DNA of 40,687 nucleotides, taken from Octopus sinensis. Lineage: Eukaryota. The position numbers and the translations under genes were made by a program. The stretch lies in contig NW_021835545.1 in the NCBI RefSeq assembly GCF_006345805.1, forward strand, positions 1 to 40,687, in the 5' to 3' direction. Below are positions 1 through 11,351 of the stretch, one piece after another (position 1 is the first letter of the stretch; the number at the start of each line of letters is the position of its first letter). The notes under the pieces are model-generated. The model saw nothing but the letters and a program-made list of their open reading frames with translations, had not been told where the DNA came from and searched no databases.

Positions 1-290
1 GTAATAACAAGGAAGAGGTAAGGAGTTAGAGCAATTGAGAGAGAGGTCAGAAAGTTTATGAGAACAGAGAGGTGGGGGGAATAGAAATGGGAGAGAAATG
101 TGGGGGAAAGTAAGAGGTAGTGGACTAAACTTAAAACAATAAGAAACGAGGAAGTAGGAGGAAATATACTTCAAGGAAAGGAAAATTAATCATTTATGTT
201 GCAGAGGAAATTGAAAGGAGAATATAGAGAATAAAGAAGAAGAGAAGAGAAAGCGAGGGAATATGAGTGAATATTAGGGAGTTATAAGAG
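1..290. repeat. GA-rich low-complexity polypurine tract
   Basis: Almost exclusively A/G (gagaga, gaaga, ggaga) with no fixed period. Confidence 0.8.
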
Positions 291-374
291 GAGGGGACCC
301 AGTGGGACATGGATATGGGTGGGATCGAAAAGAAAAAAAATTGTAATATGATAATATATTGATTTCTTATATAG

Positions 375-590
375 GCACAAGGGTGGATTTGCTATTAAGG
401 GAATGAGCAACTGTTGATCATATCGATCCTCTTCTTGATTGGTATTTTGTGCTATTGATTTTGAAAAGATTAAAGGAAACATTCACCCCGGACTGATGTG
501 AACTTACTTCGTAAATGACCCGGAAATACATCGCAAGGAATTGTGTCAGATGCTTTAACAACTCTGTCAATACTACATCTTGGGAACATG
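375..590 (-). mobile_element. Diverged tRNA-derived SINE (same family as 704-1258), reverse orientation
   Basis: ggcacaagg...atcgatcc...tggtattt...gaaaagattaaagg...gaactta...ttaacaactctgtca aligns by eye to the reverse complement of the forward copies. Confidence 0.55.
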
Positions 591-703
591 GTAATTACAT
601 TTGAAATATAAACTAAAAGAAGGAAAATTACTCAAATCAACCAATGACATCGATTTAAATAAACAGAATTATATTTAACTGATAAGAGATGAGTTGATTG
701 AAA

Positions 704-1258
704 GGTGGCGAGCTGGCAGAATCGTTAGCACGCCGGGCGAAATGGTTAGCGGTATTTTGTCTGTCGTTACGTTGTGAGTTCAAATTCCGCCGAGGTCCAC
801 TTTGCCTTTCATCCTTTCGGGGTCGATAAATTAAGTACCAGTTACGCACTGGGGTCGATATAATCGACTTAATACCTATGTCTGTCCTTGTTTGTCCTCT
901 CTATGTTTTGCCCCCTGTGGGTAGTAAAGAAATAGGTATTTCGTCTGGCTTTACACTCTGAGTTCAAATTCCGCCGAGGTCGACTTTGCCTTTCCGGGTC
1001 GATAAATTAAGTACCAGTGGCGCACTGGGGTCGATATAATCGACTTAATCCGTTTGTCTGTCCTTGTTTATCTCCTCTATGTTTACCCCCTTGTGGGGAG
1101 TAAAGAAATAGGTATTTCGTCTGTATTTCCGTTATGAGTTCAAATACCGCCGAGGACCACTTCGCTTTTCATTCTTTCGAACTCATTAAAATAAGTACCT
1201 TGAGTAATGAGCTACTTACCACAAAATTGCTGGCCTTGGCTCAAAATTTGAAACCAAT
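704..1258 (+). mobile_element. Octopus-type tRNA-derived SINE, trimeric array
   Basis: Head ggtggcgagctggcagaatcgttagc (A-box-like). B-box-like gagttcaaat at 776, 960 and 1136 (periods 184 and 176). Shared core gcctttcatcctttcggggtcgataaattaagtaccag. Final tail ggccttggctcaaaatttgaaacc. Confidence 0.9.
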
Positions 1259-1449
1259 ATTTTAATTAGTATAGCCACAAAGAAAACTGTGATTAAAATG
1301 TGTTCCGACCGTGACAACTATGTAATAATTTATTCTATGTGCGTATCAATTTCATATCAATATTAAACTGTATGGTGTGATCTGAAGGCTACGTGACTGC
1401 TAATCCTTGCTGGTAACGAGATTACGTAGGTGTCTTCACAATATATTAG

Positions 1450-2280
1450 TCGATTCTACATCTGCAATGACTGTCCTGAAAACAAGGTAATCTGCAACAG
1501 GTTAGGTCGGAATCGCTCAGGGATAAGTAGCGCGGTCAAGGTATTTAAAAACCAGACTGCATTCGGCAACTCATGAAGCTAGTTGTCTTCTCACGGGTTC
1601 TGTACAGCTGTGATCAATGAGTGCTAAAACTGAGCAGTAGCTACAAAGTTAGCAGATGTTGAGTTGAGCCACTGACACCATAACCTGCGGAAATCATGCA
1701 TAGCTCACAAGGCTGACGACATATACGTCCTTAATTAAGTCAATACCTTAACAAACTAAACAGCATACGCAAGCCGAAACTAAGAAAGAGTAGATTCTCA
1801 GATATGTAATAGTCTTAGCTGAAAACAATTTGGTTCTTGGATGGAATGTAATATAAAGGACACTTTTGTACGGAAGGAATACGTGCTACAATCTGTAAAA
1901 TCTGGAAGTCTAAGATGGCGCGTAAATTGAAAATAAGGTTGTTTATCTTCGCGTCAGAGTCGATTTTTTATACGGTGATGAAACTTGAAAAACAGGTAGA
2001 CGGTAGCTACAAAAGAATATTAAGAATGGCTCTAAATTTAACATGGAGAACTCATTTAACCAAGCAGCAGCTTTATCAAGATCTACTGAAAGTGACATGG
2101 CAGATACAACGGAGGGGAATTATAATTGCTAGTCATTGCATCAGGCAAGCAGGAGAACCTGTGTTTCAAGTGAGAGAAGAAATTGTCTAACCTATTTGGA
2201 CAGCTTGGATAGTGAAATGGCAAATGGTGACGAATTAAGAACGTGCATGGGAGACCCTGATGGATGGTGCTCTCAAGCGA
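1450..2280 (+). mobile_element. Decayed RTE-clade LINE: RT core to C-terminus, with stops and frameshifts
   Basis: Collinear translated motifs: VGIAQG (about 1505), ADDI (about 1712), FGSWMECNIKDTFVRK, KIRLF...DGSYKRILRMALNLTWRTHLT...ASHCIR, and TYLDSL...ELRTCMGDPDGW. These match the typical RTE ORF end. Confidence 0.8.
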
Positions 2281-2409
2281 AGTCATTGAAACATCCGGGA
2301 GAACGGCTAAATTATAAAATTAATTAGAGATATTAAAAACCTACAAGTTAGAAGCAATGCTGATCAAAGATAATCTTAGTCAGAAAACATCGTTGATCTT
2401 AGTGCGTCA

Positions 2410-2560
2410 GTGTGCAGATCCCCACCCAGATATATTAAACACAATAGGGCAACAGGAGGCAACATACGTCACTTTTACAGTGCACCCCCTGCCTAAGGAT
2501 AGTTATTGCTCCTGCCTCTTTCAACGCCAAGTCACGGCGACAGATATGTGAATCACGCAG
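2410..2560 (+). mobile_element. Possible LINE apurinic-endonuclease remnant
   Basis: SVQIPTQ...IVIAPASFNAK resembles the APE motifs QVYAPT and GDFNAK; interrupted by stops. Confidence 0.3.
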
Positions 2561-2954
2561 ATATTGACGATCTACAGCCCCTCTTGTCCCCGTTGTTGCT
2601 GCATGTACTGAACCCAAGGACAAGGCTGATCCACCTGACCTTTTAACACAGACGTTTCAACCACGACCATTCCATCCTTGTATTCTTTGTATGGCCAACC
2701 CCGTGTCACATAATTTACAATGATCCTTTCAAGACGATAAATTCTGATTAGCAGGACCTTCCTTTTTGTTATTCATTGTGGCTCGAGCAATCACAGAACA
2801 GCTTTGTTATTGGCAGGTGACACGATCTAAATTTTTGTTGTCTTCGCCCAAATTCACTCATCTATCCATCCACACATTCATACATCCATCCATACTCTGG
2901 GGATCCGTCCGTCAAGATTGAGCATACTTTTGCACTAGTATGACCAGATATAAG

Positions 2955-3034
2955 TTAGTAGTAGTAGTAGTAGTGGTGGTGGTGGTGGTGGTGGTGGTGG
3001 TAGTAATAGTAGCAGCAGCAGTAGTAGTTGTAGA

Positions 3035-3067
<33 letters not shown>

Positions 3068-3106
3068 GGTGGTGGTGGTGGTGGTAGTAGTAATAGTAGC
3101 AGCAGC

Positions 3107-3137
<31 letters not shown>

Positions 3138-3360
3138 ATAGTAGTGGTGGTGGTGCTGGTGGTGGTAGCAATAGTAGCAGCAGCAGTAGTAGTAGTGGTG
3201 ATAGTAGTAATATTGGTGGTAGTAGTAGTGGAGATGGTAGGAGTAGCAGTAGTAGTAGTAGTTGTTGTTGTAGTAGTAGTTGCAGTAGTAGCAGCAACAG
3301 CAGTCGCAGCATCAACAGCAGTCGCAGCAGCAGCAGTAGTAGTAGTAGTAGAAGCAGCAA
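2955..3360. repeat. Compound trinucleotide microsatellite (GTA/GTG/GCA)n with an internal duplication of about 85-90 bp
   Basis: The block gtg(n)-gtagtaatagtagcagcagcagtagtag-gtagaagtag occurs twice. Source of the poly-V/T/L ORFs. Confidence 0.95.
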
Positions 3361-3945
3361 TAGCCACCTGGAGTGCACTTAGTTGTACAGCGCGTTCAGA
3401 TTCTTCTAGCTGATGGAAAAATGTCCACCGGAGAGTATAGGGGTGACCAGTGACAAGAAGAGCGCATCGTGTTCGATACTTCGAAGTTACTGCGCAAATA
3501 TGGCTAACGAGGGTTGCGGTGGAGTCAGGAGAAAAGAGGCGCGAGTGGGGAGAGGAGAACAAATATTTGCTAAAGCTAAACACGGGAAAGGCGAAGAGAG
3601 AGAGGAGAGAGAGAGAGAGACAACGAGAACAGGAGCAAGAAGAAATGAAGAGCAATGGATAATAGAAAATTTGTGGGGAGGGGTGTGAGAAAGACATGTG
3701 GAGCGTTAAGAAAAGTAGAAAGACGGGAGGGAGGAAAGGAAGAATGAAAGAAAATGGCGAAAGACCAGCGTTTGAAGAATTAAATTGTTTTCTGAAAGAA
3801 GCAAGTAGTGACATGATTTTAGCTTTAGTTCTGCCAGAAAAGGTTGGCTGCTACGTGAGTGGAAGAATTTATCTAGGCTGTGAAGTGTGATGATAATTAC
3901 CTGAGAAGGAGAGCATGAATGGAAGCCTATCTAACGGTTTATGCA

Positions 3946-5330
3946 TGTAAGTACCTATGTACGTATGTATGTATGTATGTATGTATGTATGTATGTATGT
4001 ATGTATGTATGTATGTATGTATGTATGTATGTATGTGTGTATGTATGTATGTATGTATGTGTGAATGTATGTATGTATGTATGTATGTATGTGTGTATGT
4101 ATGTATGTATGAATGTATGTATGTATGTATGAATGTATGTATAGGAATGTATGTATGTATGTATGTATGTGTGTATGTATGTATGTATGTATGTGTGTAT
4201 GTATGTATGTATGTATGTATGTATGTATGTATGTATGTATGTATGCATGCATGCATGCATGTATGTATGTATGTATGTATGTACGTACGTATGTATGTAT
4301 GTATGTATGTATGTATGTATGTATGTATGTATGTGTGTATGTATGTATGTATGTATGTATGTATGTATGTATGTATGTATGTATGTATGTATGTATGTAT
4401 GTATGTATGTGTGTATGTATGTATGTATGTATGTGTGAATGTATGTATGTATGTATGTATGTATGTATGTGTGTATGTATGTATGTATGAATGTATATAT
4501 GTATGTATGAATGTATGTATAGGAATGTATGTATGTATGTATGTATGTATGTGTGTATGTATGTATGTATGTATGTGTGTATGTATTATGTATGTATGTA
4601 GTATGTATGTATGTATGTATGTTGTGTATGTATGTATGCATGCATGCATGTATGTATGTATGTATGTATGTTGTGTATGTATGTATGTGTGTATGTATGT
4701 ATGTATGTAGGTATGTATGTAGTATGTATGTGTGTATGTATGTATGTATGTATGTATGTAGCATGCATGCATGTATGTATGTATGTATGTATGTATGCAG
4801 CATGCATGTATGTATGTATGTATGTATGTATGTATGTATGTATGTATGTATGGTGTATGTATGTATGCATGCATGCATGTGTATGTATGTGTGTATGTAT
4901 GTATGTATGTATGTATGTAGTATGTATGTATGTGTGTATGTATGTATGATGCATGCATGTATGTATGTATGTATGTATGTATGTATGTATGTGTGTATGT
5001 ATGTATGATGTATGTATGTATGTATGTGTGTATGTATGTATGCATGCATGTATGTATGTATGTATGTATGTATGTATGTATGTATGTATGTATGTATGTG
5101 TGTATGTATGTATGCATGCATGCATGTATGTATGTATGTATGTATGTATGTATGTATGTATGTATGTATGTGTGTATGTATGTATGCATGCATGCATGTA
5201 TGTATGTGTGTATGTATGTATGTATGTATGTATGTATGTATGCATGTATGTATGTATGTATGTATGTATGTATGTATGTATGTATGTATGTATGTACGTA
5301 TGTATGTATGTATGTATGTATGTATGTGTG
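3946..5330. repeat. About 1.4-kb (TATG)n tetranucleotide satellite with CATG/TGTG variants
   Basis: Direct reading; source of all YVCM/HTYI ORFs. Confidence 0.98.
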
Positions 5331-5811
5331 GTATTATTCAAGATTTCTTGCCAGTGCTGAAAGCGCCGGTTTCTAACCTACAGCCTCGGCTCTTTCACTG
5401 GAATTCCCACACCAACAACAGGGGTTTTTGTATGAATGTGTGTATGTATACATGAAGATTTGTATGTTTTGTCTTGTGCATGTCTAGTCATGCATATACT
5501 TGCATATCTAGACACGCTCATCTATATTTAAATCATAAACCTCTGGAAAGTTTTACAGATATTTACAGTTCCAGTGCTGGACTGGATCTGTAGTATTCTA
5601 ATCAGCTTTCTCTATGTATGTATGTATGTATGGATGGATGGATGGATGAAGGGATTGATGTATGAAAGGATGGAGGGATGGAGTGAGGAGCGATTAGCGT
5701 AAGCACAGTCTGTGTTATGCATTAACAAGGACAGCATCGGAAGAACAGAGTTCAGCACAACGTTTGCTAGTTTAACGCTTCATTGCCGAAATTCTTTTAT
5801 GGTTCGATAAA

Positions 5812-6106
5812 TATATATACATGCATACATACATGCATGCATACTTAAGTACATACATACGTACGTACATACATACAAACATACATACAAAGATATATAC
5901 ATACATGCAAGCATACATACATGCATACATCATTCATGCATGCATACATACATATATCCATGCATACATACACGCATTCAAACATACATACATACTTACA
6001 CACATACATACTTACATATATACATACATACATACATACTTTCATAAATACTTACATACATACATACATACATACTTACATACATACTTTCATACATACA
6101 TACAAA
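5812..6106. repeat. Degenerate (CATA)n array, inverted relative to 3946-5330
   Basis: Direct reading. Confidence 0.9.
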
Positions 6107-6149
6107 CTCAAGACGAATTTAAAATCAAAAATTAAAACCTGTTTCAGGA

Positions 6150-6420
6150 TAAGTCCCAGGTGGTGTGTCTGGAGAGCACGTTCACCACTTATGGCTAACA
6201 GGCGTCATCAGCGATACTGTGCGTTCGTCGTTTCATCTACATCCGCAACTCCAAGATGCACGTAGGGTATATTTGAAATGATTAATGCGGAACATGCTAT
6301 TATTTACACAAGAATCGTTTCGGCTTCATATTGCACCGCTCCCGAGAGGTCGTGGAACGATGCACTAACACCGGATGCCAGCAACAGTGCGAAAGATCTT
6401 GCTCATGTTACATGTGATGT
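6150..6420 (-). mobile_element. Possible ancient RTE-like LINE C-terminal remnant
   Basis: Minus-strand peptides GAVQYEAET (cf. VLLYGAET) followed by HLGVADVDETTNAQ (cf. ILGISWQDKVTNAE); stops present. Confidence 0.3.
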
Positions 6421-6609
6421 TTCACGAGATTTTCATTTCGATTGCGCTTCTATCTATATGGTGAGAGATTTTAGCAGTTCAAGCCTACTTGTTAAAGTGA
6501 GGAAGATTTGGTTAGGAAGAAAATAGAAGAATAAATAGACAAACCATGTCACGTGAATGAGTGAAAATAATTTCAGGATTAAATAAAAAGGCAACAAACC
6601 GAAAATAGT

Positions 6610-6745
6610 AGGAGCTTTCCATCGGTTACGACGACGAGGGTTCCAGTTCATGCGACCAACGGAAAAGATTGCTCGTGAAATTAACGTACAAGTAGCTGAG
6701 CACTCCACAGACACGTGTACCCTTAATATAGTTCTCAGGGAGATT
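6610..6745. mobile_element. Fragment of an octopus SINE-associated interspersed repeat
   Basis: ggagctttccatcggttacgacgacgagggttccag...gtagctgagcactccacagacacgtgtacccttaa recognised from recall only. Confidence 0.45.
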
Positions 6746-7559
6746 ATGCAGTCATGCATAACACTATGGTCAGATTCTCGTGTTTTGACCTTGTGGATGC
6801 TAACGTTTCGACGCAAGCACAGACACACATACACATTCATATGTATACGTGTGCATGCATGCTTTGTATATATACATTCACACACACACACACACACAAA
6901 CACATGGCGCACGCCCACTCGCACACACACACACACACACACATTCACATACATACATACCCACAGACATGGGTAATCCTGTCAATAGGCACAAACATCC
7001 ATTCACTCACATACACAGACATACGTTCGCTCCAATACCGATTGACGTCACACCGCATTAGATTCCTTGGAAGAAAGCAGCGAATGTATACGAAAAGAAG
7101 GACGGAAAAAACGGAGAATGTTGCACAAATACAATAAGAATAATAATAACAGAACATAACAACAGGTGCCTTTCGACTAGGGACGAATTAAATTAAGCTG
7201 GCGTGCGTGGAAATAAGCCTTACGGCAGGGATACAAGATTTCACGGGTACAGGGAGGAATATCGATACTGTACAGACGACGACCGGCCAAGAAAGAAAGA
7301 TCAGGCTTGGCCGAACGCCGGTCACGTGGGAAGAGAAGAGAAAGAGGTAGAAGCAGAGGGACAGAAGAATTTAAGGAGGGACGAGAAAAAAAGAGGACAC
7401 AGTGAAGTGAAAAGTGAGGGAAAGTGAGCAAGAAGAGAAAGCAAAGAAATGTGAGAGAGGGGAACGGAAAAACGAAGAGTGGAATGAAGGAATAAGCGTG
7501 AAAGGGCTGATAGACAGAAATATATATAATCACGAGCGACGCCGGGTATCTTTGCCAGT

Positions 7560-7649
<90 letters not shown>

Positions 7650-7745
7650 CGTGTGTGTGTCTGTGTGTCTGTGTGTCTGTGTATAAGTAGTGTGTGTACG
7701 GGTTTATGCAAACACACGCTTACAAATACATGCGTATATATATAT
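7560..7745. repeat. (TA)n/(TG)n microsatellite
   Basis: Direct reading. Confidence 0.95.
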
Positions 7746-8169
7746 ATAATTGGTGGTAGATACATGAAAAAGGTAAATTTAACTATTTGTCAAAAGATGG
7801 AAAAAATGATGAACAGCTTTTAATCGATTTTCTAATATTAATAGGTACGCAACGGAGGTGTCTCTATCATGTCTCCAAAGCTGATAAATAAGCAAGGAAT
7901 CTGTTTATATACATAAGAAATTCAGTTGCTATAGAAACTTGGAGAAACTAATTTTCCTACCCTAAATTTGTAGCACTTTTTAAAAAATATCAGCGGCCTG
8001 TCACGTGGTATCGCAGTCGACACAATATCAAGTTATGATTTAATGACATGTGTAACTGATGTATAAAGGAATATGAGATGTACAATTAATAGAATTTATT
8101 CTCTCTCAGTCAGTGGGCCAACCTCAATGCAGGAATCCACTCGACTACATTGAGCATTGTGCATTGAAC

Positions 8170-8410
8170 TGAAATATTTCTATGGCAGAAGATGTACGCA
8201 AACAAAGATCTGTCAGCCATATGTCATTCCTTAAAGTATATAAAAGAAGATCGGAGCGAAATAACGAAATATCGAATTAGGTCCTGACATTGAAAATGGG
8301 CTGGTATTACATTGTGTAAACTGGAAAGATCTTCGAAAGATGAGTTCCATTCAGGACAAGAAATGTACAAATATCTGTCGATTGTTGTTAGCTGTGAGGT
8401 AACTCGTACT
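8170..8410 (+). mobile_element. Possible very old R4/Dong-like RT remnant
   Basis: KMYANKD...GITL...QEMYKYLSI resembles the KLYAKND...ITL...ETYKYLGI stretch seen in younger copies (compare TVYKYLGI at about 13520). Confidence 0.3.
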
Positions 8411-8635
8411 TCTGTTCTGCAATAAAGTTTCTACTGTTTAAACACCATCAGAAGAACAGCCAATAAATGCTGACACTTTGTTGAATGTTGGCTTGAAACT
8501 TGGGAAATTATATCACTAACTGAATAAATATGTCAATCTATAAGTTATTTACCCAGCGCATTCCTATAGACACGTTCAATTATTTCTTTCTGTTGTTGTT
8601 GGTCTTCTCTTTTCATATCCTTTTCCATCTTCCAG

Positions 8636-8746
8636 TTTCTTCTTCATCATCACCGTCATCACCATCATCATCATCATCACCATCACCATCATCGTCATCA
8701 CCATCATCATCACCATCATCACCATCATCATCATCATCACCATCAC

Positions 8747-8778
<32 letters not shown>

Positions 8779-9025
8779 CCATCACCATCATCGTCATCAC
8801 CATCATCATCACCATCATCACCATCATCATCATCATCACCATCACCATCATCGTCATCACCATCATCATCACCATCATCACCATCATCATCATCATCACC
8901 ATCACCATCATCATCATCACCATCACCATCATCGTCATCACCATCATCATCACCATCATCACCATAATCATCATCACTATAATCATCTTCATAACCATCA
9001 TCATCATCATCATCCTCACCATCTT
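8636..9025. repeat. (CAT/CAC)n array with a higher-order unit of about 55-60 bp
   Basis: The unit ...catcaccatcaccatcatcgtcatcaccatcatcatcaccatcatcac is marked by a single cgt that recurs about five times. Confidence 0.95.
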
Positions 9026-9958
9026 TTACTTCTACTTCTTTACTTCATTACTTCTTCTTTACATCTTCTTCGTCCTTTTCTTCTCTCCTCCTTCTCCCGC
9101 TTTCCATTCTCATTTCGTTGGGTTCGTTGTTTTGGCAACGTCTTTCTTCTTGCATCTCTTCTTCACCGTCACCACAAGCAAAGTCATCCTTAAACTTTAT
9201 ATTTTACGAATTTCTTTGATAAATGCTTATCTAGATGCAAACAGCATCAACCATATACAAACGATATACAAACTCAACTTACGAAACCCAGAAACGAGAG
9301 AGTAACGCTGCACTCGTGTTATTTCAGCCCAGATCTCAAAAGGAGTTTGGAAATTTAACACAGTTGAGTTCATGACTGTCTTCCTAGTTCTACTTATATT
9401 TTCATTTAATAACTAAAATAATTATTGTTTGTAAATTATATAAAATTTCAAGCCAACAGTTATTTGTAAAATGACAAGCCACTGGTGATATATTTCGAAC
9501 TTGCAGAGGCTAAAGAATGAGACGTAGGTTAGTCAGAAGACTAAATTGTCATCAATTTTTATCACAAAAATTCAGCAATTTAAATAAATGTGTTTCTCCA
9601 CTGGAGAAATGGTATTTATATAGATGATGTTCTATTTGTTTAGAATGAACCCAGTATTTGGTATACATAAGAATTATTATTGATTTCCATGTGGTCGCTG
9701 CAGCCTCTGACCAATTGCCAAACATTGTTTATAATGCTGAGAAAATAACTCAGTATGTTTACTTCCTGATTCAGAATTAGATATAATTATTTCTCGTTAA
9801 TATAAAATACAAGAGAAAACCTGTCACGTTGGCAATGCAAAGCTACACTATCCTATTCTTGTGCATTGCTGTGATAGATTACGCTGGTTTGTTGGCTTTA
9901 GTTTTTGCGCCAAAATACCGTATATCAACAGTTTCCTTGAGAGAAAGTAAACATGTTC

Positions 9959-10120
9959 AGGCGTGGCTGTGTGGTAGGACGGTTAATTCCCAACCACAAG
10001 GTTTCAGGTTCAATTCTACTGAGTAGCATTTTGGACAAGTGTCTTCTACTGTAGCCTCGGGCAGACCAAATTCTTGTGACTGGATTTGGACGGAAGAAAC
10101 TGAAACAAAAGCCCGTCGTG
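9959..10120 (+). mobile_element. Second tRNA-derived SINE family (OR-like octopus SINE)
   Basis: A-box-like tggctgtgtgg, B-box-like ggttcaattc, body ggacaagtgtcttctactgtagcctcgggcagacc, ending in gcccgtcg then (TA)n. A reverse copy lies at 34274-34403. Confidence 0.75.
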
Positions 10121-10153
10121 TATATATATATATATATATTATATATATACATG

Positions 10154-10472
10154 GCGGTGGTTATGGTTGTGGTGGTAGTGGTGGTGGTGGTGGTGGTGGC
10201 TGTGGTGGTGGTGCGGGTGGTTGTGCTGGTGGTGGTGGTGGTGGTGGTACGGGTGGTGGTGGTGCTGGTGGTGGTGGTGGTGGTGGTGGTGGTGGTGGTA
10301 GTGGTGGCGGTGGTTGTGGTGGTGGTGCGGGTGGTGCTGCGGATGGTGCTGCGGGTGCAGGTGGTGGTGGTGGTGGCGGTGGTGGTGTTGCTGGTGGTGG
10401 TGGTGGTGGTGGTGCTGCTGCTGCTGCTGGTGGTGGTGGTGGTGGTGGTGTTGGTGGTGCTGGTGGTGGTGA
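10154..10472. repeat. (GGT)n/(GCT) G-rich microsatellite
   Basis: Direct reading; source of the poly-G/V/T ORFs. Confidence 0.95.
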
Positions 10473-11102
10473 TAATTTCTAATTTTGGCACAAGGCTAAC
10501 AATTTTTTGAGAGGGGTTCAGTTGGAACCTCAAGAGTTTAATACAAGGGTTTTTTTTCAGATGTCGTTATGTTTCTGAAAATCGACCGCCACAATTAAAC
10601 GATAAAAAATGTGCTTGCATCAATCAGGGGTCGAAAAGGGAATATTCTAATCCAAAGAGCGATATGTTCTCGAATGACGGAAACGTATGAAATAATGAGA
10701 AGGCAAAGAACATCTGTCCACGTGACTAAACAAACCACGAAAGATCATCCTCGGAAGCGGCAAATAAAATACATCCTATATTTCTGTCTATTTCTGTCAA
10801 AGTCTAAATGCGTTTACTGCAGATCCTGCACTTAATGACATACAACCAACGCAAACATTAAAGTTATAAATATATATATATATACATATTAAGAGCGTAA
10901 GCTCGAAACGTAAAAGACTTTTTCTATTTCTGTTCCTGAGCGCTATACTAATACATTTGTTTGTTTGTACCTCACCTGCCTTCGGCCTTTGTTTATTTTC
11001 GTAAACTTTCCCGTTATGTATATATATATATATTAGAAATATTAAATTTCTAAATGTCTCAAAGAGATATGAGCGGTGGTGGGTCAATAGAGTGGTTGTA
11101 TA

Positions 11103-11304
11103 CTGTCAACGTAACGTGACGGCAGATCTCACTATCCTGGGGTAATGACAGGTTAATAGCCAGAAACATGCATGTCCTCAGCCTCCCCTTCGCAAATATA
11201 AGGACACAGGAAATGTGTCAAAGCCGACAGGAAGCGTCGATGCTTCCTAGGGTTAAATAGCGGTGGTGTGATTTCCTTACGGGACTGTCACGTTATGTTG
11301 ACAG
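11103..11304. mobile_element. 202-bp MITE with 20-bp TIRs, flanked by TA
   Basis: Left ctgtcaacgtaacgtgacgg versus reverse complement of right ctgtcaacataacgtgacag (18/20). TATA on both sides. Internal hairpin aggaagcgtcgatgcttcct at about 11230-11249. Confidence 0.8.
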
Positions 11305-11351
11305 TATACAACCACTCTATATATATATACTTACATATATACGCGGCGGAA

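Noticed and set aside
704-790. tRNA gene (A and B boxes, GGYGG...CCGCC ends)
   Set aside because: No convincing cloverleaf or anticodon arm, and it continues into a SINE core present many times in the window.
3380-3540. Protein-like plus-strand peptide (VQILLADGKMSTGEYRGDQ)
   Set aside because: In-frame stops, no usable splice pair and no recognisable family; possibly an old TE remnant.
2912-6135. Long ORFs (up to 416 aa) of poly-V/T/L and YVCM/HTYI
   Set aside because: Stop-free translations of tri- and tetranucleotide microsatellites, open in many frames on both strands. The same applies to ORFs over the other arrays.
7224-7267. Possible 44-nt minus-strand micro-exon (tacag...gtaagg)
   Set aside because: No compatible neighbouring exons and no recognisable peptide.
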